Positions 1-10,383 of a stretch of 64,000 nucleotides of DNA are shown piece by piece. The translations under genes and the position numbers were made by a program. The stretch comes from an uncultured Eubacteriales bacterium (GTDB lineage Bacteria; Bacillota; Clostridia; Peptostreptococcales; JAAYPU01), in NCBI GenBank assembly GCA_964429195.1, contig CAYSBC010000001.1:2150-66149 (forward strand), in the 5' to 3' direction. Each line of letters begins with the position of its first letter. Within the stretch, counting starts at the first letter, position 1. The notes below the pieces were generated by a model. It was given only the letters and a program-made list of their open reading frames with translations, searched no databases and was not told where the DNA came from.

Positions 1-818
1 TAATCCCCATAAAGGAAAATTTCTTGGACTTCTTCGCCTTGGTTATTATTTCGAGTATATTCTATAAATTGTTGGATGGTCAGTTCCAATTCCTTTACGC
101 TTTCACGAATGCACGCTTTTGTTATATTCCAATTCCCTTCTAAGTAATGCATAATATCCGATTCTTGCCGTTGAGCCAAATCCATTTCCTTCCACAAGTA
201 ATACTCCACAAAATTAAATCCTTTAGTCAGAAATTTATTGAGGCAGAAATGATAATTATTCATAAGAGTCACATTGATGTAATGATAGTTGAGATCAATC
301 AATATAGCGTTCTTATTCTCTTCAATCCGCCGATAATATTTAATAGCACAATTCTGTGATACATCGACCACGCCAATATCCATTTTGAGTCGCCTTGCGA
401 CAGCTTGATAACCTCTCAACAGGTCCTTCGGAAACAAAACAGCAGTCCCCTTGAGGAGGCCATTCTCTTCCCCATGGAGTTTATAAGACATACTATAAAT
501 ATCTAAATTCTCAGAAATAACTTCTGCTATACCCTCCTGTATTGCAAGGCTTTCCTGCTCTTTATTATCCAATGAAGAAATAGCAAATTGCTTGATGATA
601 ACGCGAGAGGAGTTAATACAGAAGCTGCATTCATTAGGACGGATTTTAAGCTTTTTTATGCTGTTACTAAGGGTCTCGGCAATTTTTTTTACATGATTGA
701 TTTTCCCATCCTCATAAGCATTCTCAGGCATGTCCACTATAAATTGATGGGATTTTTTACTCCTGTATAAAAGCTTAATTCGATCAGCATTCAACTCAAT
801 ATATAAGCTGTTTTTCAT
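1..818 (-). CDS. PilM-like type IV pilus assembly protein (actin-like ATPase fold). Partial: the 3' end runs off the left edge of the window.
   Basis: This ORF is absent from the ORF track because it is open to position 1. Hand translation from the ATG at 818..816 gives MKNSLYIELNADRIKLLYRSKK...AILIDLNYHYINVTLMNN...EIFLYGD. A GGAG RBS sits 8 nt upstream (ggagaattttcaATG). The N-terminal 'IELNADRIKL' and 'IDLNYHYINVTL' phosphate-loop-like segments and the position right after a prepilin peptidase fit PilM. Confidence 0.55.
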   Translation of the reverse strand, partial: MKNSLYIELNADRIKLLYRSKKSHQFIVDMPENAYEDGKINHVKKIAETLSNSIKKLKIRPNECSFCINSSRVIIKQFAISSLDNKEQESLAIQEGIAEVISENLDIYSMSYKLHGEENGLLKGTAVLFPKDLLRGYQAVARRLKMDIGVVDVSQNCAIKYYRRIEENKNAILIDLNYHYINVTLMNNYHFCLNKFLTKGFNFVEYYLWKEMDLAQRQESDIMHYLEGNWNITKACIRESVKELELTIQQFIEYTRNNNQGEEVQEIFLYGD

Positions 819-855
819 TGAAAATTCTCCTTTGCAGCACCTATAGCATGGCTCT

Positions 856-864
856 ATTATAGCA
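856..864 (-). promoter_or_regulatory. Extended -10 promoter element (TGcTATAAT) upstream of the pilM-like gene
   Basis: The minus strand reads ttaTGcTATAATagag about 38 nt upstream of the ATG at 818. Confidence 0.4.
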
Positions 865-903
865 TAAATATAAAAGCCTTTCTCGGATGGTATGAAAAAT
901 TTT

Positions 904-1545
904 CTAAAGAAATAAACCGGCAAAGATGCCCCATACGATAAAAGGTCCAAAGGGGATAGAGGATGTCCTATTGACTTTTTTCTTCAGTAGTAATGCCATG
1001 GATAACATACCTGCTGAAAGCATAGCTATCCATAGGGACAAAAGCGTTAATTTTAACCCTAAAAACAGGCCTATAGGTATATAGAGTTTAATATCTCCCA
1101 TGCCTATTCCCTCTTTTCCTTTAAAGAGGAGCAAGGAGAAAATATAAATTAAGACCAAGAGAAGACATGCTACTAAAGCCGCTAAAAAACCATCCATTCT
1201 ACCAGAATAGAAACCGTAATGTCCGGTAACTCCACTATAGATTTGAATGATTATACCGGCTCCTATGCCAACTATTACAACCTCATTCGGTATAATCTTA
1301 TAATAAAAATCCATGAAGAAGGTAATGATTAAGAGGGATGCTAAGAGGCACATAGCAAAAAACTCAAATGAGTAACCCCACCTTGTCAACAAAAGTAAAA
1401 ATAAAACACCCGTTATCCCTTCTATAAAAGGATATTGAAGAAAAATAACAGGTTTGTTATGTCTATGTCTGCTTTTTAAAAACACTTTCAAAAGCCTGCC
1501 CGTCAATAAACCGATGATGAAAATTGCTATATAGAAATAGAACAT
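904..1545 (-). CDS. Prepilin peptidase, A24 family (short form, no N-terminal Cys-rich or methyltransferase extension)
   Basis: Polytopic membrane protein of 213 aa. It carries the two aspartate contexts typical of A24 peptidases ('FFMDFYYKIIPNE' and 'GIGMGDIKLYIPIG') and a C-terminal 'IPFGPF'. Confidence 0.8.
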   Translation of the reverse strand: MFYFYIAIFIIGLLTGRLLKVFLKSRHRHNKPVIFLQYPFIEGITGVLFLLLLTRWGYSFEFFAMCLLASLLIITFFMDFYYKIIPNEVVIVGIGAGIIIQIYSGVTGHYGFYSGRMDGFLAALVACLLLVLIYIFSLLLFKGKEGIGMGDIKLYIPIGLFLGLKLTLLSLWIAMLSAGMLSMALLLKKKVNRTSSIPFGPFIVWGIFAGLFL

Positions 1546-1588
1546 ACCCTCCCCCAGCTGTAATCAAAATTTTTAGTTGCTTCTCTTG

Positions 1589-1597
1589 ATTATAGCA
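1589..1597 (-). promoter_or_regulatory. Extended -10 promoter element (TGcTATAAT) upstream of the prepilin peptidase gene
   Basis: The minus strand reads ttaTGcTATAATcaag about 45 nt upstream of the ATG at 1545. Confidence 0.4.
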
Positions 1598-1648
1598 TAA
1601 TTTCCATAAAATGGTATGTCTTTATGCGCTTTCAGTAAAATTATTTGA

Positions 1649-4480
1649 CTATCTACTCAGCATTTTTTTTAAAAACTGACCCGTATAAGACTCCACTACT
1701 TCTGCCACTTCTTCCGGTGTTCCTGTCGTAAGAACGGTACCACCTCGGCTTCCACCATCCGGACCTAAATCGATGATATGATCGCAAACCTTTATGACAT
1801 CAAGATTATGCTCGATAACCACCACCGTGTTTCCTCCATCGACTAACTTGTTGAGAACTTCAATTAATTTGTTCACATCCTCAAAATGAAGGCCGGTTGT
1901 TGGTTCATCTAAGATATAAATAGTTCTGCCTGTACTCCTTTTACTCAGCTCTGAGGCCAGTTTAATTCTTTGAGCCTCCCCACCCGATAACTGAGTCGAG
2001 GGTTGTCCCAGCCGGATATAACCTAAGCCTACCTCGTATAGGGTTTTCAGTTTGTTATGGATTATCGGAATATTGATAAAGAAATCCAAGGCCTCATCAA
2101 CAGTCATGTTGAGTACCTCATAAATATTTTTACCTTTATACCTTACCTCCAACGTTTCCCGATTATAGCGTTTTCCCTTACAAACTTCACAGGGCACATA
2201 AACATCTGACAAAAAATGCATTTCTATTTTAATGATACCGTCACCTTTGCAAGCTTCACATCGTCCTCCCTTGACGTTAAAGCTGAAACGGCTCTTCGTA
2301 TAACCCTTGGCTTTTGACTCATTGAGTCCGGCAAAAAGATCTCTTATAGGCGTAAAAACACCGGTATAGGTAGCCGGATTAGATCGAGGTGTTCTCCCAA
2401 TGGGGGATTGATCAATATCCACTACTTTATCGATAAACTCCATACCTTGAATCTCTTCATGCTTTCCCGGTTTTACCCGTGAACGATTGATATGCACAGC
2501 AAGGCTTTTATAGAGAATCTCATTGACTAAGCTGCTTTTGCCAGAGCCTGATACTCCTGTCACACAGGTGAACACACCTAATGGAAATTCCACATTAATA
2601 TTTTGGAGGTTATTTTCAGCCCCCCCAATGACCTGAATGGCCTTTCCATTGGGCTTTCTTCTGTCCTTTGGAATTTCTATTTTTCTTTCACCGGATAAGT
2701 ATTGACCCGTTATAGATTTCGCAGATTTTTTGATATCTTCTATCATGCCTTGGGCTACAAGCTCTCCACCATGAATTCCGGCTCCGGGGCCAATATCAAT
2801 AATTTGATCTGCCTTATACATGGTATCCTCGTCATGCTCTACTATAATCAATGTATTGCCTAAATCAGTCAGTTTTCTCAAGGTCTTTAACAACTTTTCA
2901 TTATCTTTTTGATGAAGTCCAATGCTGGGTTCATCCAGTATATAAAGGACACCTACCAAACTTGAACCAATTTGTGTTGCAAGCCTAATCCGCTGAGATT
3001 CTCCTCCGGATAAACTGCCTGATGATCGTGCTAATGTCAGATAGTCAAGACCAACATCCACTAAGAATCCTAAGCGTTCGTTGATTTCTTTGATGATTTG
3101 TACTGCTACCATTTTTTCTTTTTCGGTTAACTGTAATCCTCTGATAAAATTAAGGGCTTCAACGATAGATAAATCCGTGAATTCAGCGATGTTTTTTCCA
3201 CCTACTGTCACCCCTAATACTTCATCCTTAAGTTTTTTACCCTTACAACTGTCACAGACAACCTGACTCATGTAGCTTTCTATTCTGTCTTTTATATACT
3301 GGGAATTCGTTTCTCGATAGCGTCTTTCTAAATTAGGAATAACCCCTTCAAAGGGATAATTCGAAAAAGCTTTAAAAGAACCTGCCCTATTGGCATAGGC
3401 ATAACTCAACTTTTTTTCACCGGTGCCATATAAGAGCTCATGCACGAATTCTTGGGGCAACTCTTCTAACTTATCATTCAAGCTTACTTGATGATTATCA
3501 GCTAAGGCCTTGACAATATTATAATAATAGCCCCCTTCTTCCATAGAAGAAAAAATGGAACCCAAAGCCCCCTCTTTTATACTTAGGTTCATGTCCACAA
3601 CAATTCTATCCGGATCAACATTTTGTGTAAAACCTAAACCATTACATTTTGTACATGCACCAAAAGGACTATTAAATGAAAATGTTCGTGGCTCCAACTC
3701 TTCTATGCTAATGCCATGGTCCGGACAGGCAAATTTACTGCTGAACAAGATATCCTCACCATCTACAATATTCACAATGGCTAACCCTTCGCCATGGTTT
3801 AATGCTGTTTCCGTGGATTCCGCTAATCTGGATTCCATGCCCTTTTTAACAATGATTCGATCCACTACAATTTCAATGTTATGCTTTTGAGTTTTGTTCA
3901 GTTTAATCTCTTCATCACTTAAATTAAATGTCTCTCCGTCAATCCTTACGCGAACAAAACCCTCCTTTTTAATCCTTGACAAAACTTTTTCATGCTCTCC
4001 TTTTTTGCCTCTTATCACAGGAGCTAATAGTTGTATCCTTGATCCTTCTGGTAATTCCAATATTTGATCCACAATTTGATCCAGGGTTTGTTGCCTTATT
4101 TCCTTCCCACAAATAGGGCAATGGGGAATGCCTATTCTTGCATATAGGAGCCGTAGATAATCGTATATTTCGGTAACAGTCCCCACCGTTGATCTGGGAT
4201 TTTTACTTGTTGTCTTTTGGTCAATGGAAATAGCAGGGGATAAGCCTTCAATCAAATCCACATCCGGCTTCTCCATTTGTCCTAAAAATTGGCGAGCATA
4301 GGAAGATAAGCTTTCAATATAACGCCTTTGACCTTCGGCATAAATCGTATCAAAGGCTAAAGACGATTTTCCCGAACCGCTTAAGCCCGTGATAACAACC
4401 ATTTTATCTCTTGGTATTTTTATATCAAAATTTTTTAAATTATGTTCTCTTGCTCCCTTTATGAATAACTCTTTGGTCAT
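1649..4480 (-). CDS. uvrA: Excinuclease ABC subunit A
   Basis: 943 aa with two ABC ATPase modules (GLSGSGKSS and GVSGSGKSS Walker A; LSGGESQR and LSGGEAQR signatures). Zinc-finger Cys pairs are present (CPICG, CxxC...CxxC). The start overlaps the uvrB stop by 4 nt. Confidence 0.98.
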   Translation of the reverse strand: MTKELFIKGAREHNLKNFDIKIPRDKMVVITGLSGSGKSSLAFDTIYAEGQRRYIESLSSYARQFLGQMEKPDVDLIEGLSPAISIDQKTTSKNPRSTVGTVTEIYDYLRLLYARIGIPHCPICGKEIRQQTLDQIVDQILELPEGSRIQLLAPVIRGKKGEHEKVLSRIKKEGFVRVRIDGETFNLSDEEIKLNKTQKHNIEIVVDRIIVKKGMESRLAESTETALNHGEGLAIVNIVDGEDILFSSKFACPDHGISIEELEPRTFSFNSPFGACTKCNGLGFTQNVDPDRIVVDMNLSIKEGALGSIFSSMEEGGYYYNIVKALADNHQVSLNDKLEELPQEFVHELLYGTGEKKLSYAYANRAGSFKAFSNYPFEGVIPNLERRYRETNSQYIKDRIESYMSQVVCDSCKGKKLKDEVLGVTVGGKNIAEFTDLSIVEALNFIRGLQLTEKEKMVAVQIIKEINERLGFLVDVGLDYLTLARSSGSLSGGESQRIRLATQIGSSLVGVLYILDEPSIGLHQKDNEKLLKTLRKLTDLGNTLIIVEHDEDTMYKADQIIDIGPGAGIHGGELVAQGMIEDIKKSAKSITGQYLSGERKIEIPKDRRKPNGKAIQVIGGAENNLQNINVEFPLGVFTCVTGVSGSGKSSLVNEILYKSLAVHINRSRVKPGKHEEIQGMEFIDKVVDIDQSPIGRTPRSNPATYTGVFTPIRDLFAGLNESKAKGYTKSRFSFNVKGGRCEACKGDGIIKIEMHFLSDVYVPCEVCKGKRYNRETLEVRYKGKNIYEVLNMTVDEALDFFINIPIIHNKLKTLYEVGLGYIRLGQPSTQLSGGEAQRIKLASELSKRSTGRTIYILDEPTTGLHFEDVNKLIEVLNKLVDGGNTVVVIEHNLDVIKVCDHIIDLGPDGGSRGGTVLTTGTPEEVAEVVESYTGQFLKKMLSR

Positions 4481-6459
4481 GTTTTTCTCCTTCTTTTAAT
4501 TTCGAGTATCTGATCACGAAGTACAGCTGCTCTTTCAAACTGTAAATTCTGCGAAGCAAATCGCATTTCATTATCCAGCTGTTTAATCAATTTTTCTATT
4601 TCTTTATCGGTATAGGTTTCTATTTCCGTCGCTGTATAATATTTTTCTTCTTCCTCTGCTACATGGGTAGCCTCGATTAAATCCCTTACCTTCTTCACAA
4701 TAGTTTGAGGCTCTATCTTGTTTTTTCTGTTATATTCCTCTTGTATCTTTCTACGCCTTTCCGTTTCATCAATAGCCCTTTTCATAGAGCCGGTAATTTG
4801 ATCCCCATACATGATAACCTTGCCATTGACATTTCGGGCAGCTCGTCCTATGGTCTGAATCAGCGATGTTTCTGTTCTTAGAAAACCTTCTTTATCTGCA
4901 TCCAGAATAATGATTAAGGAAACCTCCGGTATATCTAAACCTTCCCGCAAAAGATTGATGCCTACCAGGACATCAAACTCGCCTAATCGCAAGTCTCGAA
5001 TAATCTCTATCCTATCCAATGTTTCAATTTCAGAATGAAGGTATTTTACTTTAATGCCCATATCCCTTAGATAATCCGTCAACTGTTCAGCCATTTTTTT
5101 GGTGAGAGTTGTTATAAATACCCTTTCATTGCGTTTTGTTACTTCGTTGATTTCCTTGATAAGATCATCTATTTGCCCTTCTGTTTTTCTTACTTCTACT
5201 GCAGGATCCACTAATCCGGTTGGCCTTATAATCTGCTCAATAATTTCTAAATTGCTCTTCTCCTTTTCGTAATCTGCCGGGGTAGCACTTACATAAATGC
5301 ATTGCTTAACGATTTCATTGAATTCTACAAAGTTCAAAGGTCGATTGTCCAATGCAGATGGCAACCTGAATCCGTATTCAACCAAATTGCTCTTTCTTGA
5401 TTGATCACCTGCATACATGGCCCTCAGCTGGGGAATCATGACATGGGATTCATCAATAATAACCAAAAAATCCTCAGGGAAATAATCTAAGAGAGTGTAA
5501 GGACGAGTCCCGCTAGCTCCTCCGCTAATGTGTTTAGAATAGTTTTCAATGCCTTTACAGCTACCTGTTTCTCGCAACATCTCGATATCATATCGTGTTC
5601 TTTGCTCTATCCTTTGAGCTTCGACCAGCTTTCCTTTACTCTTAAAAAAGGCAATTCTTTCTTTTAATTCGCTTTCAATGGTCCTTATAGCCCTTTCCAT
5701 GTTTTCCTCTGTTGTGACATAATGGGATGCAGGAAATATGGACACATGATTTCGTTTTCCTATGATTTCACCTGTTAAAGAGTTCATTTCTTTAAGGGAT
5801 TCAATTTCATCGCCAAAAAATTCAACCCGTATTGCATTTTCTCCGCCTGCCGGATATATATCCATTACATCCCCCCTCACTCGGAATGTACTTCTTATAA
5901 AATTGATATCATTTCTCATATACTGTATCTCGACAAGTTTTCTTATCATTTCCTCCCTGTTTTTGACCATTCCGGGCCTAAGGGAGAGAACTTGATTCTC
6001 GTAATCTATAGGGCTTCCCAAACCGTATATACAAGATACACTGGCTACTATAATAACATCCCTTCTTTCAAACAAAGATGCTGTAGCTGAGTGTCTCAAT
6101 TTTTCTATTTCTTCATTAATCTGGGAATCTTTTTCAATATAAGTATCGGTGTGGGCAATATAGGCTTCCGGTTGATAATAATCATAATAGCTCACAAAAA
6201 ACTCCACAGCACTCTCCGGAAAAAATTCTTTAAATTCTCCATAAAGTTGCGCTGCTAATGTCTTATTATGGGATATAACCAAGGTTGGTCTTTGTAAGCG
6301 TTCTATGACATTGGCAATGGTAAATGTTTTACCCGAACCGGTAACCCCCAGCAACACTTGATTTTCTTTTCCTCCCAAAACACCTTGAGCTAACCGATTA
6401 ACAGCAAATGGTTGATCACCCGTTAATTGAAAATCTGATTTAACTTTAAATTCTCCCAT
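4477..6459 (-). CDS. uvrB: Excinuclease ABC subunit B
   Basis: 660 aa with GVTGSGKT Walker A, an IIDESHV DEAD/DEAH-type box, and a C-terminal UVR domain ([15 protein letters not shown]). Confidence 0.98.
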   Translation of the reverse strand: MGEFKVKSDFQLTGDQPFAVNRLAQGVLGGKENQVLLGVTGSGKTFTIANVIERLQRPTLVISHNKTLAAQLYGEFKEFFPESAVEFFVSYYDYYQPEAYIAHTDTYIEKDSQINEEIEKLRHSATASLFERRDVIIVASVSCIYGLGSPIDYENQVLSLRPGMVKNREEMIRKLVEIQYMRNDINFIRSTFRVRGDVMDIYPAGGENAIRVEFFGDEIESLKEMNSLTGEIIGKRNHVSIFPASHYVTTEENMERAIRTIESELKERIAFFKSKGKLVEAQRIEQRTRYDIEMLRETGSCKGIENYSKHISGGASGTRPYTLLDYFPEDFLVIIDESHVMIPQLRAMYAGDQSRKSNLVEYGFRLPSALDNRPLNFVEFNEIVKQCIYVSATPADYEKEKSNLEIIEQIIRPTGLVDPAVEVRKTEGQIDDLIKEINEVTKRNERVFITTLTKKMAEQLTDYLRDMGIKVKYLHSEIETLDRIEIIRDLRLGEFDVLVGINLLREGLDIPEVSLIIILDADKEGFLRTETSLIQTIGRAARNVNGKVIMYGDQITGSMKRAIDETERRRKIQEEYNRKNKIEPQTIVKKVRDLIEATHVAEEEEKYYTATEIETYTDKEIEKLIKQLDNEMRFASQNLQFERAAVLRDQILEIKRRRKT

Positions 6460-6500
6460 ATTGTTTCTATTCTCCCTATATTATCTCTTTATTCTTACAC

Positions 6501-6529
6501 ATTATATCACTTGATTCTAAAATTGAAAA
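6501..6529 (-). promoter_or_regulatory. Putative uvrBA promoter (extended -10 TGaTATAAT, weak -35 TTTTCA)
   Basis: The minus strand reads TTTTCA-17 nt-TATAAT, with TG one nt upstream of the -10. It lies 42 nt upstream of the uvrB ATG. Confidence 0.45.
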
Positions 6530-6539
6530 CATATGTTCC
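6526..6539. promoter_or_regulatory. LexA/DinR operator (Cheo box)
   Basis: aAAACATATGTTCc matches the Gram-positive SOS box CGAAC-RNRY-GTTYC at 12 of 14 positions. The core AAC-ATAT-GTTC is palindromic. The box overlaps the -35 of the uvrB promoter and abuts a plus-strand TATAAT at 6541..6546. Confidence 0.55.
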
Positions 6540-6598
6540 TTATAATTGGTAAAAAACATATAATACTGTATTACAACTTTCTTAAAGGAGCAAGAACA

Positions 6599-7294
6599 AT
6601 GAATCATTTTATAGAAGCTTTATATGAATCTATGGCTCTCTGGCAAGCATACTATGGTAATTTCTATACTCTTTTAGCTATAACCCAAAGGATTGATGCT
6701 TATCCAATAAAGTGGTTAAATTTTAAATACAGTGCTGATATTCAAGACTACGTGGAATTTTACAATAGAATTAATGCAATTGTGCTCGAGACAAATATCT
6801 ATAATTCGGACAATAGCGATAATAAGCAAATCTACAAAAGCATTAACCCTGCTTTTAAAAAAATTCATTTCAATTTACGATTCCATCTCAATAAACAACC
6901 TTTATCACTTTATGACATTTTGGACAGAAAAGAAAAATGGACACTCCTCCCCATTAAATCATCCGCCTTTCATATGAATGGAAAAGACGGGGAATACAAT
7001 CTGAAGTTTATATCAAAGGATGGCCATTTAGAAGCTGTCTACAGCAGCCTGTCTTATAGCCTAGTTATTAATCCCTGGAATATAGGAACCTATAATTATG
7101 CCCCTCTTACCGACTCCCCTAATCACTACACCTATGATGTTGAGCCTTATTACAAATGGAACAATACACCTTTCTTAAAAGGTCAAGGTCAAATAGCCTC
7201 TAATATTATGGCCGGTGAAAATATTCTGAGGTATAATCAATCCTCAAAGGCACAAGAAAATTACAATAAAATAAAGGAGCTCTTCAACTCCTAA
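6599..7294 (+). CDS. Hypothetical protein (231 aa), no family recognised
   Basis: The ORF-track ORF starts at 6533, but AAGGAG (6585..6590) sits 8 nt before the ATG at 6599, and 6533 falls inside the promoter/operator region. The protein is soluble and rich in Y/N/W. Confidence 0.6.
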   Translation: MNHFIEALYESMALWQAYYGNFYTLLAITQRIDAYPIKWLNFKYSADIQDYVEFYNRINAIVLETNIYNSDNSDNKQIYKSINPAFKKIHFNLRFHLNKQPLSLYDILDRKEKWTLLPIKSSAFHMNGKDGEYNLKFISKDGHLEAVYSSLSYSLVINPWNIGTYNYAPLTDSPNHYTYDVEPYYKWNNTPFLKGQGQIASNIMAGENILRYNQSSKAQENYNKIKELFNS

Positions 7295-7307
7295 TTGCAT
7301 AGAAAAA

Positions 7308-7350
7308 GTGCATCTCCAATGATCTTCTTTTCCCATCCTCGGAGATGCAC
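7308..7350. terminator. Hairpin between convergent genes, acting mainly as terminator of the ctpA-like gene
   Basis: GTGCATCTCC (7308..7317) pairs with GGAGATGCAC (7341..7350) across a 23-nt loop. The T-run follows the stem on the minus strand (agaaaaa on plus). Confidence 0.45.
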
Positions 7351-7367
7351 CTTTCCTATATTGTTAT

Positions 7368-8606
7368 CTATCGTTTTAAAACTTCCATAGCTCTTTTAAG
7401 CTGTTTATCATTTTCTTTTGTGATTAAACCACTTTCCAAAACCTCTTCATCGAGCTCCACAAGAATATTGGGCTCCACGCCAACATCATGGATGATATCT
7501 CCCTTAGGAGAAAAGTATTGTGCAATTGTTATCTTAACACCATCTCCATTTTCTAAGGGTTGAATCCTTTGAATAATCCCCTTGCCAAATGTTCTGGTAC
7601 CAATGATCTTCCCTTCCCCTGAGTCCTTAATGGCAGCGGCCAAAATTTCGGATGCACTTGCTGAACTTTCATTGACTAGAATAACATAAGGTATCTCTGT
7701 TTTTTCTCGGTCCGATTCATAAAACCTTTTATTCCCTTTATTGTCCTCCGTATAGATAATTGTTTCCTTACCTAACAACATATCCGCTATCTCTATGCTT
7801 TCGCTTACAAGACCTCCTGGGTTATTTCTCAAATCAATTATCAAACCGGAAATATCCTGTGAATCCAAGTTCCTTAAATGATTTTTAAAGTCATCCGCTG
7901 TATTTTCATCAAAGGATACAATGCGGATATAGCCTAGACCATCCTCTAGAAGCTCAGACTCAACCGATACAATCTTCACATTGGCCCTCATAATGTTAAA
8001 ATCAAGAAGTCCACTTTCACCCTCGCGCATCACTGTAATTTTGACAGAAGTGCCCGGTTGACCTCTCATTTTACTAACAGCTATTTCCATTTCCTCAGCT
8101 GAATACTCTACACCATCTACCTTGACTATTTTATCGCCACCTTTTATACCGGCCAAATCCGCAGGACTTCCGGAAAAGGGAGCAACGACAGTAATATAAC
8201 CTGTATCCGCGGGATAAACTGTGACGCCGATGCCTTGAAACTCGCCTTGACTTGAAATCATTAAGTCTTCATATTCCTTGGATGTCAAATAGGAAGAATA
8301 GGGGTCACCTAAACCTTGAAACAGACCCTTATAAAGTCCTCTCATGATGTCTTCCTCATTGACAGGTATATAATAATTGTCATCGATGTAATCTTTCAAT
8401 TCAAATAGTTTGCCATATTTATTCATGATATAACGATAGTTTTCAAAATCATGATAGGATATGAGAACCTTTCCTTTTAATGGGATAAAGGTCATAAGGC
8501 CTACTGTAACAGTTGCCGTAATGACAATAACAACAATTAATAACATGACCACTTTTTTCTTATTCATTCTTTTTACCACCAAGCTTCCTCTGAATTGTCT
8601 TTCCAT
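7368..8606 (-). CDS. C-terminal processing peptidase, S41 family (CtpA/CtpB-like) with PDZ domain
   Basis: N-terminal TM anchor, a PDZ segment (GIGV...GSPADLAGIKGGDKIVKVDG), and S41 motifs 'GLIIDLRNNPGG', 'VNESSASASE' and 'GTRTFGKG'. An alternative start at M14 (8567) is possible. Confidence 0.9.
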   Translation of the reverse strand: MERQFRGSLVVKRMNKKKVVMLLIVVIVITATVTVGLMTFIPLKGKVLISYHDFENYRYIMNKYGKLFELKDYIDDNYYIPVNEEDIMRGLYKGLFQGLGDPYSSYLTSKEYEDLMISSQGEFQGIGVTVYPADTGYITVVAPFSGSPADLAGIKGGDKIVKVDGVEYSAEEMEIAVSKMRGQPGTSVKITVMREGESGLLDFNIMRANVKIVSVESELLEDGLGYIRIVSFDENTADDFKNHLRNLDSQDISGLIIDLRNNPGGLVSESIEIADMLLGKETIIYTEDNKGNKRFYESDREKTEIPYVILVNESSASASEILAAAIKDSGEGKIIGTRTFGKGIIQRIQPLENGDGVKITIAQYFSPKGDIIHDVGVEPNILVELDEEVLESGLITKENDKQLKRAMEVLKR

Positions 8607-8645
8607 TCTATTATTAGATATTCGTAAAACAGAACATTATTACTC

Positions 8646-10358
8646 TTAAATTTCGGATGTTCGTTTTATATCCTCTATTTGAAAACAAATCTTTTTTAAA
8701 CCTTTGTATTCGTTAATTTCCGGTATACCTATGATGGATAGGTTTTCATCCGGTGAAAAACTGTCAAATCTATTTTTCAAATAAAAACCAACACATTCTA
8801 TAGTATAGCCATTTTTATTCTTCAATACAACCTTAACATGGTCTTTATCCTTACCCATCAGGTACTTCTTTTCTATCCATAAATTTTTAATTAAAAAAAG
8901 AGGTCTTTCATTTTTATGTCCAAAAGGTTCTAGTTTTTCAATGATTTCGACAAATTCAAAATTAATATCACTCACTTCTAATTCCAAAGATATTTCTGCT
9001 TTGGGTACAAAGCAATCACTATTTTTCTCTTTTATTCTTTGCATATCTTTATTGAGGTTTTCTCTTAATAGATGAATATCCTGTTCATAGATACTGAATC
9101 CACAGGCTCCACTATGTCCTCCAAATTTAATATAATTCTCTTTGTATTGATTCATATACTGAAAAAGATTAATATCAACAATACTTCTGCCCGTCCCCTT
9201 GAACACTTTTGCACCATCAGACCGGGTAACTATAATAGTAGGTCTATAAAAGGCTTCCTTTATCTTTGAGGCGACAATGCCGGCTACACCCTCATGGGTG
9301 TTAGGAGACTCAATGACTAAAAAAAGATCTTCCGGGTGGTTTTTGACAGCTATTTCATAGCATTGATCAAAGGCATCCTTTTGGATATTTCTTCTTTCTC
9401 GGTTGCTTTCTATAAGCAGGGCTGTTTTATCATCAATTTCTTTCTCATTGTCGCTCAATAATAATTCTACACCTGTCAGCGCATGATTGATTCTTCCGGC
9501 TGCATTAATGTGAGGCCCTATGATAAAACTGATATGATAGGATTTTATTTTCTTTTCACCCAGTCCTATTCCTTCTATGAGTGCAGCAAGACCTTTTCTC
9601 TTTTTTTTATTGATTTCTTTAAGTCCGTATTTGACAAAGGTTCTATTTTCATCTAAAAGGGGAACAATGTCGGATACGGTTCCTATAGCTAACAAATCAA
9701 GAACATCTAAAAGAATTTGCTTGGGAAGGTTTGCTTTGCGTTGTAAGCCCTGGGCCAGCTTAAAGGCTACACCACAACCACATATATCTTTAAATGGATA
9801 TGTACAATCATGTTGCTTGGGGTTTAAGATGAGACACTCAGGCAGTTTTTCACCTACATGATGATGGTCTGTTACGACAATATCCAGTCCAATCTCTTTT
9901 GCATAATCGACTTCTGCAACAGAAGTACTTCCACAATCTACTGTAATGACTAAATCTGTTCCTTTATTTTTTATGTTTTGCAGGGCTTCTTTATTGAGCC
10001 CGTAGCCTTCCTCAAATCGAGATGGAATATAGTAGTCAATCTTATCTGTTAATAGAGACAACACTTCATAGAGCAAGGATACACTGGTTACTCCATCCAC
10101 ATCATAATCACCATAAATACAGATTTTTTTATCCTCAGCAATGGTTTGCTTTATTTTCAGTATCACCTTATCCATATTTTTAAGTAAAAAAGGATCATAG
10201 GTTTTTCTCGGAGACAGAGAAAAGAATTCCTCCATCTCCTCTTCGTCCGATAAACCTATCATCCATAAGAACTTCCTTATTTTGGAATCCACGCTTAAAT
10301 GAAAATCAACATCTTCATTATAAGCTTTTATCATCCATTTTTTTTCTTTGTTGTACAT
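8646..10358 (-). CDS. recJ: Single-stranded-DNA-specific exonuclease RecJ (short form)
   Basis: DHH-family motifs 'IYGDYDVDGVTS', 'ITVDCGS' and 'VVTDHHH', and the DHHA1 motif 'GGHSGACG'. Confidence 0.9.
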   Translation of the reverse strand: MYNKEKKWMIKAYNEDVDFHLSVDSKIRKFLWMIGLSDEEEMEEFFSLSPRKTYDPFLLKNMDKVILKIKQTIAEDKKICIYGDYDVDGVTSVSLLYEVLSLLTDKIDYYIPSRFEEGYGLNKEALQNIKNKGTDLVITVDCGSTSVAEVDYAKEIGLDIVVTDHHHVGEKLPECLILNPKQHDCTYPFKDICGCGVAFKLAQGLQRKANLPKQILLDVLDLLAIGTVSDIVPLLDENRTFVKYGLKEINKKKRKGLAALIEGIGLGEKKIKSYHISFIIGPHINAAGRINHALTGVELLLSDNEKEIDDKTALLIESNRERRNIQKDAFDQCYEIAVKNHPEDLFLVIESPNTHEGVAGIVASKIKEAFYRPTIIVTRSDGAKVFKGTGRSIVDINLFQYMNQYKENYIKFGGHSGACGFSIYEQDIHLLRENLNKDMQRIKEKNSDCFVPKAEISLELEVSDINFEFVEIIEKLEPFGHKNERPLFLIKNLWIEKKYLMGKDKDHVKVVLKNKNGYTIECVGFYLKNRFDSFSPDENLSIIGIPEINEYKGLKKICFQIEDIKRTSEI

Positions 10359-10383
10359 AGTTTTTCCCTTTAGAATCTTTACG

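Noticed and set aside
147-770. Two plus-strand ORFs (147..359 and 588..770) offered by the track in the first 800 nt.
   Set aside because: The minus strand carries an uninterrupted, RBS-preceded pilM-like reading frame from 818 to the window edge. That frame explains this region better, and the plus-strand ORFs are antisense artefacts.
856-1600. A 12-nt exact repeat, ATTATAGCATAA, at 856..867 and 1589..1600.
   Set aside because: On the minus strand both copies read TTATGCTATAAT, an extended -10 promoter element upstream of two consecutive genes. The same TGcTATAAT recurs at 58251. This is promoter consensus and not a repeat element.
6533-6598. The longer N-terminus (start at 6533) given by the ORF track for the hypothetical protein.
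   Set aside because: That ATG lies inside the LexA box and promoter region and has no RBS. The ATG at 6599 has AAGGAG at optimal spacing.
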